Of a DNA stretch of 64,000 bases, positions 1-12,637 are shown in pieces. A program made the position numbers and the translations under genes. The stretch lies in contig NW_024704742.1 in assembly GCF_018977255.1 (NCBI RefSeq), positions 122,824,001 to 122,888,000 of the forward strand, read 5' to 3'. Position 1 is the first letter of the stretch, and every line of letters starts with the position of its first letter. The DNA comes from Callorhinchus milii (lineage: Eukaryota). The notes under the pieces were generated by a model. The model saw nothing but the letters and a program-made list of their open reading frames with translations. It made no database searches and was not told the origin of the DNA.

Positions 1-273
1 CACCAGCTGAGCTTTGAGCCAATAACCCCGTCCCAAAATTCTGAAACACTGTCCCTCAATCCCTCCACCTTGCCCCCTCCTTGCCATCTCCAGGTCAAAC
101 CTGCAAGCATGAAGGGATGTGAAGACAACTGTGGGTGGTGTGATTTAGAGTTTAGTGTGGGACACCACTGCCACATTTGCCTACAAAATATTGTCATTAC
201 ACTTTACAATAAATCCTGTGAAGCACTTAGAAATGTGAAAATCCTGTATTACGTATTTATGTTTTTCTCTCTG

Positions 274-537
274 CTAAGAGGTTGGATGAAAGCATACAAA
301 CTTAAATATGTTTACTGCTAACAATACACATATAAATCTATGAGGTAGAAATATTAACAAAACTGTGCAATGAAAAGTGTATAAAAATACAGTAAGTAGC
401 AGTCTGTTCCTGTCTGGAAATAATGAGGTTGAGGAGTCAGGGCGGTAACCTTGCAGAATTCTCTGTGTGCGAGTTATTTCTTTCACAACCTGGCACGTAA
501 GCCTATGGTATGTAATCTAATTTGGGGCAATTCCTTT
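274..537 (-). pseudogene. Possible terminal pseudo-exon with hydrophobic tail
   Basis: Acceptor ttacag at 538-543. Reads ERNCPKLDYIP*, then in a shifted frame RLLLTVFLYTFHCTVLLIFL. Confidence 0.25.
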
Positions 538-612
538 CTGTAATTATTTTGGCAATAAAAATCCTTGCAATTGAATGGAAGGATTCACTGCACGCATCAG
601 CTTTGCTTGTTA

Positions 613-1046
613 TCATAGAATCATAGAATTGTACAGCACAAAAAGAGGCCATTCGGACCATCGAGTTTGTGCCGGCTCTTTGAATAGAGCAATTAATGTC
701 CCCAGCCCCTTCCCCATAACCCTGCAAACCCGTCCTCCTCAAATACCCATCCACCGCGTTTTCAAAAGTAGTTATCGAATCGGCCTCCACCACCCTTTCA
801 GGCAATGCGTTCCAGATTCGAACAACTCGCAACATGAAAAAAAATCTTCTCACCTCCCCTCTGCTTCTTTTAGAGACTATTTTGAATCTGTGACCTCAAG
901 TCACTGACACACCCACCAGTGGAAACAGTTTTTCCCTTTCTAACCTATCAAATCCCCTCAAGATTTCGAAGACCTCTATTAGGTCTCCTCGTAACCGTCT
1001 CTGCTCCAATGAGAATAATCCTAACCTCTCTCGCCTTTCCTCATAT
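613..1046 (-). mobile_element. CR1 LINE 3' fragment (ORF2 C-terminus and 3' UTR)
   Basis: YEERRERLGLFSLEQRRLRGDLIEVF and RVVRIWNALPERVVEADSITTF motifs; ATTCTATG-type tail at 613-630. Confidence 0.9.
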
Positions 1047-1149
1047 GTGGCTAAGCTCCTGTCAGTTAATAAACAGTTCAATGTTCAGTACCTATGCTCT
1101 ATAATATGTGACAAGTATCCACTTAAATCAGTAGAATTATTATAGATCT

Positions 1150-1495
1150 CTCCTGATGGACTTCCTTCCCATGCAAAAACTGATGAAGTATTACTATATT
1201 ACCGTGTACCACCCAAATAGGTCTCCATAGCACACTGGCCACTGTTCAACACATGTAACTCACAAACATCACCTTAACAAACGACAGTGAGACACACATA
1301 AATACTAGAAGGCCAAGTCAAAACAGTGGAGAGGACGAAAATGACTTTCATTATATTGAACAGTTTCACACATTGCCACTTAAGTTTCAATGGCACGGTT
1401 AGACATGTCTTTTTGTCTCCCACCCTGCTGGTTGTCTCAAATCGTTTGTGAAATCCTTAAGGACATCAGATCTTACTGGAATCAAGGGTAGCCAG
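1150..1495 (-). pseudogene. Pseudo-exon: vWD C-terminus plus C8 domain
   Basis: KDFTNDLRQPAGW (vWD end), then frameshift, then VVC*GDVCELHVLNSGQCAMETY (C8 CxxDxC pattern). Acceptor tacag at 1496-1500. Confidence 0.6.
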
Positions 1496-2387
1496 CTGTA
1501 TCTTCATTATAGTGATATTATTTAAATCCTGATATTTAACTTTAAAGAGAAAAACAACTTGCATTTATATAGCACCCTTCGCGTCTCGGAGCACTTGAAC
1601 ATCTCAACCAGATGTAGTGATGAAAACACAATGCTGTGTTTGCTCACAATAATTGCGTTGCCTAAATCATCAGAAATCCCCCAATCCCCATAACCCATTG
1701 AATGGCCACTGTATTTACACGTGCTGAGCAAATCTTTTATTGTTTCTTTACACAAGACACAGTGACATGGGGTCACAATACAAAGTGTGTAAAGCCTATA
1801 TGAATGCATGTAGACAGAGAAAATCACAGATGCCCTCAATTATATTACAGTATTAACAGCCAATGAAAAGATTTACAGACAATGGTGATTTACACTATTT
1901 GCACAATACACCCTAGAGATTGTAGGCGTTCACCTACAAACATACAGTCATAACATATCCTGTGATGTGCTTTGAAACATCCTCCTACGTGAAAGGCGCT
2001 ACACCGAATGCAAGGACTATTCTGACTATTATTAACACACAAATACGATTTAATATTTTTATATATACCTGAAGCCCCATCTGCCTGCTCAGGTAGATGT
2101 TAAAGGATAACATGGCACTATTCAAAACAGGAAGGGGCTTCTCCTGGTGTCCTGGCCAACAATGTTCCAGATAAAATTGGTCAGTTCTTCATGCAGTTTG
2201 TGGGAAACTGCACAAATTGCCTGCCATATTTGGCTACAAAATACATTGTGAAGATTGTGCAACTCCCTGCCGATGTGAAAGATGTAATATCAAATATAAG
2301 TATTATTATTATTATTTATTATAATATTTGTCAAACATTTATCCATGAAGACTGGGCCCTTTAAGTTTGGAGTTCCCATTCACCTAC

Positions 2388-2907
2388 CTTCATATTGATG
2401 TAGAAAGTAACTGCACTAGGACTTGAGAAATACAATACAACCTGGACTGACTGAATAACTGAAGGGATATTGTCATTCCCAGTGACAGTAATTGATGCAG
2501 TTTTTTGTTGCTCAGAAAGGATGTCTAACACACTTAGAAACCCATCACCATGCTTAAGAGTACCCAAACTACACTGGGTTTCCTATGCATTCCATCTACA
2601 CACAGATGTTTCAGAGTAGGTTGTTGAAATGGAATACGCACTCTCTCCCTGGAGGGACACATTCTGCCTACCCTGATTCCAGAAAATATTAGGCACAGAT
2701 TGGCAAGAGCCAAGGCTTGGGGACGCCAGAGTGTGAGTTGGGGTCCTGTTGGAGTCCAACCAGCTAAAACCGCATATTTTCATTGAATTTTTCAGGTTTT
2801 TTCCCAATTCTCAAAACAGGTAAGGTATTCAGTCCGTTGTATTCAAAAATCCACCATTATTTACACTCACTGGCCTTACACAAATTATAGACCAACAGAA
2901 TATTGGC
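2388..2907 (-). pseudogene. Pseudo-exon: vWD N-terminal half, interrupted by a repeat
   Basis: YNLCKASECK*, then the repeat at 2515-2776, then QQKTASITVTGNDNIPSVIQSVQVVLYFSSPSAVTFYINMK with donor gtaggt at 2382-2387. Confidence 0.55.
2515..2776 (+). repeat. Unclassified interspersed repeat (family X) copy
   Basis: Shares ccatcaccatgcttaagagtatccaaac...ggcaagagccaaggcttgggga...ccagctaaaaccgcata with copies near 11.7, 15.7-15.9, 21.05-21.3, 31.6-32.3 and 51.9-52.4 kb. Confidence 0.75.
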
Positions 2908-3012
2908 CTATCGACTCAGCTTGTAGTCATACTGTGTCTCTGTGTGTTTGTTTTATGCGTCTGTGTGTGACTCTCTGCCATTGCTTACCACACTAGTTTT
3001 TCACACTAGTTT

Positions 3013-3340
3013 GTGGAGTCCTGTAGCTCAGTGGTTAGAGCACTCGCTTTGCAAGCGAGAGACCTGAGTTCAATTCCAGGCAGGGCGAAACCTTGGGCAA
3101 GTTTCCTTACTCCACACAGAGCCTAATAATAATCCCTCCAAAAAACAAAAACAATAATTAAATTGGTCATTTTCAATCTATGACTGTTTGTGGGACATTG
3201 CTGTGCGCAATTGGCTGCCGCGTTCGCCCACAAATATACAGTCAACTCACTTTACAGTATATTCTGTGAAGCGCTTTGGGACGTCCTCCCGACGTGAAAA
3301 GCGCTATATCAAATGCAAGGATTATTATTATTATTATTAT
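3013..3340 (+). mobile_element. tRNA-derived Deu-domain SINE, short form, young copy
   Basis: tRNA(Ala)-like head with A box (tagctcagtgg) and B box (gttcaattcc), Deu-like core (gtttgtgggacattgctgtgcgcaattggctgcc), L2-like tail and (ATT)n. Confidence 0.9.
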
Positions 3341-3690
3341 AACTTGCCATTGATAACGCTGCCTGGCTAGCTATCCCATTGCTTGTCCAGCTAAAACCAC
3401 CCAACCCGTTAGGGATTTGGTTTGTAGGGTTAACAGGAGCTGAGTGGAAAGATCTCCTGCCCCCAGTGACTGTGTTAATTGATTCAGTTTCACCAGGCCC
3501 TGATAAACATTAGATGAGTCATTAGTAATTTACAATACTTTTCATCACTAATCACTTAAATACACAAAAGGGTAATACATTTTTTTTATGATTCCTCCAA
3601 AATGATTGTACCCTATAAAAAACACATTTGCTATGTTACATTTTTTTATTGCTGTGCATTTACACTTTAATTAGGTGTAATGTGATTTAC

Positions 3691-3957
3691 CTGTTGCCGT
3701 TGTTGTTTTAATGTGATTTTAAATTATAAAGGCAACCCTCGATAGCAAATGTAAAATTAAAGTATAAACTACATTCAATTACATAATGTCTCAATTGAAG
3801 CAAAGCCCTTCGACACTGAGTGTAATCTTGGAACAAAAGCACAAAAAACGTATGGCTCTTCATAGAAACATAGTAATTTACAGCAGAGAAAAAGACTATA
3901 TGGTATTTGTAGATCTGGGCCTTCTCTTGTCTTTAGCAGTTTGCTTGTAATTGGGTT
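3691..3957 (-). pseudogene. Pseudo-exon, FN3-like, with CR1-tail insertion at about 3861-3903
   Basis: Acceptor attcag and donor gtaaat. Reads IECSLYFNFTFAIEGCLY and ends ...IKTTTAT|G in phase 1, with frameshifts. Confidence 0.4.
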
Positions 3958-4479
3958 CTGAATAGCAAAGAGATATGTTTTAGCATCATTTGAAATATAC
4001 AGTCTGCAACGTTAGTTACATAAGAACATAAGAATTAGGAGCAGGAGTAGGCCATTCGGCCCCTCGAGCCTGCCCCGCCATTCAATAAGATCATGGCTGA
4101 TCTTCTGACCTAACTCTAATTACCTGCCCTATCCCCATATCCCTAATTCCTCTATTTTTTAATTACATTAGATATGGCGTTCAATTTCATGTAAAGCAAT
4201 CCTACTGGAATAACACTTCTGCAATTGAACAATAAAAAGCTCTGCTGGCATCTAAAAAGTCAGTACGAGCTGCAACAATGCCAAAACACCAAGAAGCCTG
4301 AGTTAACGACAAGTCAAAAAGCAATCAGAATTGTTGTCGTATCACTTGTTTTAGTGCATCCTTGAAGCAGGTGCTCAGTGAAGGCAGATATCAAAAGAAT
4401 GTTTTTGTTTTCAATTTGTCAAATTAATATAGTACAGTAATACAAATATATACAGAGGTACAGATCTGGGTATAATTCT

Positions 4480-4872
4480 GCCTCATTCTGCTGCATAACA
4501 GCCATTAGAACCACATTTTGCATCCTCATTACTGTATGCTTTCACAAATTGGATTGAAGCAGGAAATTGTAATTAATCCATCAGGTTGAACGGCTGTAGA
4601 ATTCTACAGTTAAATGTTAGGAAACTTGGTGGATATGAGATATGTGGTCATTTTCATATTTGGAAAGTGCCACGGTAATGTCTTTGGCACACATACATTA
4701 TTCAGTGAAACAAACTCACAGGTTGACTGGAACGCTAAATGACCTTTCATCCCGTGTTGATTCAAATGCAACGATTATTATTATTATTAATAGTGTTTGT
4801 TTGCCCTTCAGAAGCATTGCACAAAGCATTAGTGTGCAAAGCTTTATACATATTCAATTTGTGAATTAAATC
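4480..4872 (-). pseudogene. Pseudo-exon: vWD N-terminus, interrupted by a SINE tail
   Basis: LCNASEGQTN, then SINE tail at 4763-4792, then HGMKGHLAFQSTCEFVSLNNVC. Resembles the vWD start CxASGDPHYxTFDG..FQGTCxYxL. Acceptor ctgcag. Confidence 0.6.
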
Positions 4873-4942
4873 CTGCAGAAACTTTTTTCTCACAGACTGA
4901 AATAAATTTCAACAAATGTTCTTATTAATAATAATGTTGGAA

Positions 4943-5548
4943 AACAACAACAACTTGCATTTATATAGCACCTTTCATGCAAGGTAGCCCCTCAAAATGT
5001 TTAACAGTGATGCCGAGCTGGTGTGTGTAGCATGGTAACATATGATCAAAGAAGGTCTTCAGGTGTGATCTGAAAATGGGGAAGGAAAGGGCAATGTGGA
5101 GAGATTGAGGCAGAGAGTTCCTAAGTTTCAGGGCTTAGAGACTGAAAGCAAAGGTGGAGTGGAGGGAATCTGGGAAAAACAGGAGACCAGAGCTAGCAGA
5201 GCGAAGGTGGCAGGTGGTGGAGTGGGGAGTAAGCAGATCAGAGAGGTAGGGAGGTACCAAGCAATGAAGGGATTCGTAGACATGCATGAGGATCTCGAAG
5301 TTGATCGGGAGCCAGTGGAGCCTGGCGAGGACCAGTGGGATGGGACTACAGAGTTTAGCGCAGGTGAGTATACGGGCAGTGGAGTTTTGAATCAATTGGA
5401 TTTTGTGGCTAGTGAAACCAGGGAGATCAGTGAGGAGGCCATTGGAATAGTCAAGGCATGAGATGACGAAAGCGTGGACAATAGTTTAGCCTACATTGGG
5501 TGTGAGGTACGGCTCAAGGTGGTCAATGTAATGGAGGTGGAGGAAAGT
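4943..5548 (-). mobile_element. L2 LINE 3' fragment
   Basis: IQNSTARILT...PLVLARLHWLPI ORF2 C-terminal motif; (GTT)n tail. Confidence 0.85.
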
Positions 5549-7525
5549 TATTAAAAGCTCTAAGTGTTGTTACACTGTTCGGTTTAGAGCTAAGAATGTT
5601 AATGCACAAATCAGAAAGGCTATACATGTACCAGGGTTTCCAGTGATATCACAGTATCATTCCAACACAGATTTCAGAGAAACTGAAGATGAGAGAGATG
5701 AAAAATACACTGTCATGCAGAATTTCTGCTCTTGGAAAATAAATTCCTGATTTCCTGGCAAAGAGACCAATGGATAGAGCACAGTTTCCTTGCCCTGGTT
5801 GCATCATAGAAAATAACTTGCATTTATAATAATACCTTTCATATAAAATAATTGTCTTGAGTTGTAACGTGTGCTCTCAGAACTCCTTATTTAAAGTTAC
5901 AAAATCAGTCATTTGTGGCTTATTTTCTTTTATTCCCTGCTGGCAACTGGCTCTTTGTGGGACATTCCTGTGGGACATGTCTCTTTATGGAATATCACTT
6001 TTCAAAAGATATCTAACACACGTGATGCGCTTTTAGACGTCTTGATGCCGTATAAGGCACTATATCAAATGTAAAGATTATTATCATAGCAACTGGTAAG
6101 TAACTAATACATTCATAAAACATTTGCAACATTATCCCTCTGCTGAATAGTAACTATGCAGGCGTGCACTGCTTTGAAAATCGGACTTGCAGACTGAATT
6201 GTAACAACAGTCTATCTCTGACCTTCTGGTCACAGAGTTTAATTACATTGGCTCATATTAAATTCTGAAATCCCTCCTGCAAAGTCTAGCATTTGAATAA
6301 AAGGCAAACAGAAAATGATTCAAGATGATGCAATCTTAACGATTGCAATCTGATCACAGTTCCCATATGACACATTTAAAAAGGCAATTGGCTCTTACTG
6401 CTATTTATTAAACATATCCATATTCGATGTAGCTGGCACTGTATTATAAATTGCATCTTGCTTGCAGATAAATGATAAGCTTTATTGTTTATTAATTGGG
6501 ATTTTAGAATGATCTGCGAAAGAATGCAATTGTCTTTTCAGGTCCTGTTAGTTACTACTTTCCCATTATAGGCCAAGTCTGTGCCCCAGTGTTTCCTTAA
6601 AGCCATTCTGAGTTAGGAACATCAGTCTCAGTGGGTGTTCCAGTGTAAGTTCGCTTACAAATACACCAAATTTTACAATAAAAATCGTGTGAAGCGCTTT
6701 GAGATATTTCATTAACACGATATCAAATGCAAGGATTTTTGAACATGATGAGGTACCATATCAAATGCAAGTATTCTTTTAATTTATTTATTAAGTGAAC
6801 AATGTGAGTAGCAATTCAGTAGTTCACTTCAGTTGAATTGGTTCCTGGAGGTTAGCATAGTTTAACTTCAAACAACATTTTAATTCAGATTAATTCTTAG
6901 TAACAATCTCCCCATTCCCCACAGCCGAAGGAAGGTTCACTGTGAGACTTGAAGTATTCAAATTCATCTGGGAGACACAATCTGAAGCCAAAGTCTTAAA
7001 GCTCAGACCTGTCTCCTTAATCGTCATGCGTGGTAAATGGTAAAGACTTTTTATCAAAACAAGTTAAATGTTTCTATTTGGTGATAGATTAGCAATTCAT
7101 TTGCAAAAATCAAGTAAGGGTCCTGACAAACATCAAGCTCACTTGCACTGTATATACTGCTAGATTTTCCAATTGCACCTTTTCCCATAGGATTTGAGTT
7201 CTTAGAATGAGATGAAACGTTTCAACAATGCGAGATTCACTCTGGCTTGAGCAGTGGGGATTTGTGGTTCAAATAGATCTGACGCTTCTAAGGCACAGCA
7301 GTTATCATTTCTGGGGCAGGCAGAAAGGCTCGTGATTCTAGTTCAAAGTGCAATTCATTAAAATGACAGGCTCCTAAAATCTCCCTGGCGCACAGCTCCT
7401 AGTATTTCAGATTCTCACTATACAGATTAGCTTCTGCTCATCCATCAGTAAGTAAAGCTCCTTGAAGCAAAACCAGATGAGTCAGATTTTCAGTCCAACA
7501 CGTGAACGAATTAGTGAATTTTTAC

Positions 7526-7669
7526 CATAAGAGAAAGTCGTAATCGCATGAAATGTTTAAAACCTCACTGCAGTCAGAGTGCTTGCTGTATTTTACAACA
7601 AACAAATCATGTTTACAATGCAATGTAGCAACACCATACATTGTTACACGAGCTGTATTATATTGTAGC
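7526..7669 (-). pseudogene. Candidate exon remnant (open, 144 nt)
   Basis: aag|...|gtaaaa boundaries; LQYNTARVTMYGVATLHCKHDLFVVKYSKHSDCSEVLNISCDYDFLL. Confidence 0.4.
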
Positions 7670-8111
7670 CTTGAGACTTTTTGACATAATAAGGTATTAT
7701 GGAAATGCAAGTTCTTTTTTTAACTGGTGATGATACTCAGGAAAAAAAGTATTACACTAAAAAGGATTATTAATTTGAATAAGCAGGTGGATGATAAAGA
7801 TTCCATGGCACGATTCAAAGAGAATTTCTCCCATTGTCCTGTCTAACAATCTCCCAGATAAAATTGGTCAATCAGTTCATGCCTGTATGTGGGACATTGC
7901 TGTATGCACTCACCTCCAAATACAGTCACTACACTTTACAGTGTACCCTGTGAAGCCCTTTTGAAATGTTGTGATAAGGTCCTAAAGCAGATACAAGGAT
8001 CATTATGTATTGTTATTGTTGTTATGTATTGTTGTTATCATAAAGCAAAGGAAAAACCTATTAGGATGAGATTCACAGTTGTGAAGGTAATTCTATCGAT
8101 AGAATTTTGAC

Positions 8112-8362
8112 CAGTTTTAATGAAAATGTGCCTGGCATTGCCTGCTTAAATATCCACTGCATTCAACACTAACATTTCGCCAGCAAACAAAAAAATACTT
8201 TCAAAGATTCAAGATCCCATCACAGAGTAATTCTCGATGGCTTTCAAACTCTGAACTTTCACTCTTTGAGCACTGAGGTATGATACACTGGTACGTTATC
8301 GAAAACAATATGTTTCAATAGTCAAGTCTAACTGGAAGGTGGACCCTTCTTCAAAGACATAT
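8112..8362 (-). pseudogene. Pseudo-exon, FN3-like
   Basis: Single frame with 3 stops: FQLDLTIETYCFR*RTSVSYLSAQRVKVQSLKAIENYSVMGS*...HIFIKT|G, phase-1 donor. Confidence 0.5.
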
Positions 8363-8658
8363 AGGGTGAAATTCTCCCATACACAATCTTGAGCGAAAAT
8401 TGTTCAGAGAATGTCACACAGCCCAAAACCTACCTTCAAATCCAGAAGGAATGCAATCTTTCGGTGCTTGAACACAATATCCACCAGAGAAAGAGTTTGG
8501 CAGGGTACCTACAACATTTCACTAAAAGGTGGTGAAGCAGGAAGTGGCCTTCAGCAGATAACTGAAAAGAAGCACTGCTGGATGAAAAGTATCAGTACTG
8601 CCACACCAATGTCTATAATTTTTGCCCGCTGAAACATTGCTGGAGAGAAATTCCACCT
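8363..8658. mobile_element. Non-autonomous DNA element (MITE-like) with imperfect TIRs
   Basis: agggtgaaattctccc at the left end; ggagagaaattccacct (reverse complement aggtggaatttctctcc) at the right end. Confidence 0.45.
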
Positions 8659-8674
8659 GGGTCTAGATTTAGCA

Positions 8675-9063
8675 ACCGAGAGGACCCGGGTTCGATTCCT
8701 CGGCGGGGTAAAACCTTAGCCAAGTTTCCTTACTCCACATACCTCTGTTTACCTAGCAGTAACAACAACAACTTGCACTTATATAGCGACCTCCATGCAG
8801 GGTAGGGTCTCAAGAGCTCTTAAGTAGGAACCCAGTTGTTAGCTGATTGACAGATCCCTTTCCAGGGGTAATAATCCCTCAAAAAGAAAATTGGTCACTC
8901 ATTCCATGAGACTGTTCATGGGACAATACCCTGAGCCATTGGCTGCCGCATTTCGCCTACAAAATACAGTCAATTAAGTTTACAATATATTTGGTGAAGT
9001 GCTTTGAGATGTCACAGCAACATGATAAGCTGCTATATCAAATGCAAGAATTATTATTATTAT
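8675..9063 (+). mobile_element. Deu SINE, long form, with a short L2-tail insertion at about 8761-8820
   Basis: B box gggttcgattcc, long-form internal segment, Deu core, (ATT)n tail. Confidence 0.8.
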
Positions 9064-9696
9064 TCGATTTATGTACCATTTATTTCTAAGCATCCAGAAA
9101 TTGGCAGATTCTTAAACGCAGGCTTAATTTTGAAGCCGGGTTTCTGTAAATTGCTTTGAGAGCCACAGAATACTTCTTATGACAATAATAATCCATACAT
9201 GTGATATAGCGCCTTTCACATCGCGAGGATATCTCAAATGCTTCACAAGATGTTCTATAAAGCATAGTGACTATTTATTTAGTAGGTAGGCTTGGCACAG
9301 TGATGTCCCACACACAGCCATGAAATAAATGACCAAGTTCATTTAAATATTTTGTTGGCTGGAGACATTCCCTTCTCTATTCGAATTGTGCCATGGAATC
9401 TTTAACATCCAACTTGAACTGTTGTTTGTGCCTCACCATATATACACCTGGAGCTCCTGGCTCAGCCATCAGAGAGAAATGGCCATTATTGCCAGGAACA
9501 TCTGGATCACCCTCATCACATGCTGCTCGCACCAGCACTCTTTTACCATGAGAGCAAACACAGGTGAACACATCTTCTGTCCAGAAACCTATAACTGTGA
9601 CAGAGGAGTTAGTATCACACAATCTCAAACCTTCCCCCACTCTTAGGTCTTTCCTACATTGCTGACCTCTATCTCTCATCCTGTCACTCCCGGCTC

Positions 9697-9890
9697 ACAA
9701 CAACAACAACAAAATTACATTTATAGAGCGCCTTTCACGTCGGGAGGACGTCGCAAAGCACTGAACAGTCAGATGTCGGGGCCTGAGCATGAGGGAGGGG
9801 TGGTGTAGGGGTGAGGAAAGGCAGAGAGGTGAGAAGGAGGCCAAAGGCATGGTCGAAGAGAAGGGCCTTGAGACCGCCCTTGATGGAGGC
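9697..9890 (-). mobile_element. L2 LINE 3' end
   Basis: Reverse complement of the L2 3' UTR, ending gtgaaaggcgctctataaatgtaatttt(GTT)n. Confidence 0.75.
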
Positions 9891-9998
9891 TCAGCGTCAT
9901 GCTCCTCCGCTGGCAAGAGCTCTGGGAAACTACCCTGGGTGGGGGGGCTATATAAATGCAAGTTGTTATTGTTGTTGCCATCTCCAATCCCCCCCCCC

Positions 9999-10024
9999 CA
10001 CACACACACACACACACACACACA
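9999..10024. repeat. (CA)n microsatellite
   Basis: Read directly from the sequence. Confidence 0.95.
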
Positions 10025-10446
10025 TCAAACCTTCTCGCTGCATCTTTGTCTCAATCTCTCTTTCTTATCTCTTATCTTTCTTGCTAAACTTGTACTGTAC
10101 CTGTGTCAGATCTCTCAAAAATCCCGTTGCCAGTAAGATGTACCCTGGGTCAAATGTTATGATATGGGGCATAGGTCAGTATAATGATGGAGCCATCACA
10201 CTCTGATCCCAGCAACAGTGATCTTTTTGTCAGGCCTTCATAATGGAATTCCCCATTATACAGACATAATGAAGAGTGCTAATTTTGACAATCAGTTAAT
10301 AGAAGCCCCAAAATCTCACTACATCTCACTTCACATGCAAAGGGTTATGGTTCAATTGAAAGCTGAAGTGCCTAAATTAAAATGCCATGAAACTACATGT
10401 TCCACTTAAAAAATAATTTGGCCACAACCACATTGTTAGCACTTAC

Positions 10447-10793
10447 ACAATTTTAGCATTAATAAGGTTCTGTTTGTTTGACAGAATCCAGGTTGGGCCA
10501 ATACACAAATCCACTCCAGGAAGGTTTTTCACTGTTGTGATAATATAAAAAACTTCACATTACATTGAATCAGCTGTACTAATTTGAATCTCCAAGTTTT
10601 ATTTTATTCTAGCATTTGGAACAACAGATCTGGATTTTAGGAAGGTCACGGTTAGAATTGTCCTATTTATTAAGAGATGACATGGACATCCTTTCTGTCC
10701 ACATAAATCTCTGTTTGCACTGATCGCAAATCAAAAACTGTTATCTGATGGAAGAGAATCAAAATGCATCACGATCACAAGGCCAGCGGTAAC
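10447..10793 (-). pseudogene. Pseudo-exon: vWD
   Basis: Strong acceptor tttctttgtgcag and donor gtaagt. One frame with 3 stops: VTAGLVIVMHFDS..F*FAISANRDLCGQKGCPCHLLINRTILTVTFLKSRSVVPN. CGxxGxxC resembles the vWD mid-domain. Confidence 0.6.
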
Positions 10794-10925
10794 CTGCACA
10801 AAGAAAATGGGTTAATTGGATTCGACAGAAGAGACTGGATTTGAATGTTTTAATGTAAGAATAAGATTAGTGGCTATCATCATTGGTTAATTATTATTTG
10901 TGGGAATTGGTCTGACATCTGCCGA

Positions 10926-11159
10926 GGTCTGAAATTTCACCTAGTCTTAGCTCGTAAGACTATTTTGTCTTAAAATTTAAGATTGTGCAGAATTGTTGAA
11001 AATGTCTTTAATTCATTTTTTTAAAAAAGGCTGGTTTTCTATTAAAAAGAATCAGCTTCCAAATTAAGACTGAAATTAAGAATCTTCCACAATTCTGTGT
11101 GATCTTAAATTTTGAGACACAATGGTCTTAAAGACTAAGATTGGGAGAAAGTTCAGACC
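10926..11159. mobile_element. Palindromic (foldback) MITE-like element
   Basis: About 85-bp imperfect inverted arms starting ggtctgaa and ending ttcagacc. Confidence 0.75.
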
Positions 11160-12199
11160 CCAGAAATGTGTACCAATTGCTGTGGTGCTTTTTGGCTTTG
11201 AAAGGAGTGTGTCCTCAGTGGTAGTTCAATCCCAGGGGGTCCCCACTTGTATCTTTTTCTCTCCCACAGCCAGGAGGATACATTTTAGGTATGATACCTC
11301 AAAAGAGTAAGGGGACACACCAGGACACAACAGTTTTGTTCCAGCTCTATTGCTAAACTGACTAAGGGTATTGAATTTAGCGAAGTCGAACAACAACAAC
11401 TTGCATTCATATAGCACCCCTCACACAGGGAACGTCCCAGAGCGGTTGACAGTGGCACTTGAACAGGCTGAGAGCACTTACACTGGCTCAATTGGGAGCA
11501 TTCTCGCCTCCGAGTCAGAGGCTGTAGGTTGAAGCGTCACATAAGGAATGTACTCCATTGTAGTACTAGGGAGAGTTACATTGTTGGAGGTGCCGTCCTG
11601 CGGATTAAACTTTAAACTGAAGTCCCATCCACTTGTTCTGTTTTACTTTGAGGTCAGCCGGGTGTCTGACACCTACGGAATCCATCAACATGCTTAAGAG
11701 TATCCAAACCAAGCTGAGAATTCCATACATCCCACCTACACATGGTGGACATTAAAGATCCCATGATGTTATTTGAAAATAGAAGCAAGTGATCCTTATA
11801 TTACTCTGTTTCAATATGTGTGCAATTCCAAGCATTTTGCCAGTGTCATTACCTATTCCCTAAATTCCCTGAGAAACTCCTTTCTCTTTGAGAAGGGATC
11901 TTAAATATCCACCCAAAGAGGCAGACAGGACCTTGATTTAATGTCTCATTTGAAGAACACTGCATCTAATAATACAGCACACCCCTGGTACAAGGAGTGA
12001 CTTACAACCTTCAGACTCAGATGCTGCCAACTGAGCCAGGTTGATACTTTAAAGCAGGGTCGAATCTTTTGACTGCTGAAAGGTTTGCGAGCCGCATAAG
12101 CAATACTTTTGTGTTTCCCTTCCAGAAACATGACATATCATTTACGGGATATGGAGGGAGCGAGTGGACCAGATGACATGGCGGGAGAGGGGGCGGGAT

Positions 12200-12235
12200 A
12201 AAACCAGCCCGCGGGCCACCAGTTGGACCACCCTG
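12200..12235 (-). mobile_element. hAT-type DNA transposon terminal fragment
   Basis: Reverse complement cagggtggtccaactggtggcccgcgggc resembles hAT/Charlie ends. Confidence 0.4.
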
Positions 12236-12637
12236 TCCTAAAGGTTATGGAGGGAATATAGAAGAGTGAGAAGAGATGGTTTGGTTCACATGAAGAAAAA
12301 AACACCAGTTGAGTTTGGATATTATTTGTTGGGGAACTCAGGATTATGACCCAGCAATGACGATGAATGAACAATGTTTGCCCACATTAGGATAGTGTGT
12401 TACTTGCTTGGGGTGGGAACTTGCAGGTTGTGGTGTTCCTATGGTTTTGTTCGTGTTCTTTTGGATGGTTGAGGTCACAGAGCTGGGAGATTCTGTAGAT
12501 AGATTTTCTGCGGTGTTGTATGTACTAAGTAAAGAGGAATTGACGTTATCCCGAGAGTTTAAAAATATTTACAATAAAGTCTTTGGCCTTTATTGCAAGC
12601 TTTTTTTCTGATTTCCTTCCTCCCTTATAAGTCATAC

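Noticed and set aside
1260..1400. ZP-domain reading of the 3' exons
   Set aside because: The same segment fits vWD-end/C8 (NDLRQPAG, CxxDVC) better, and ZP cysteine spacing was not recovered.
3013..3090. tRNA-Ala-like sequence
   Set aside because: It is the head of a multi-copy SINE, runs into the Deu core and tail, and lacks a proper acceptor stem.
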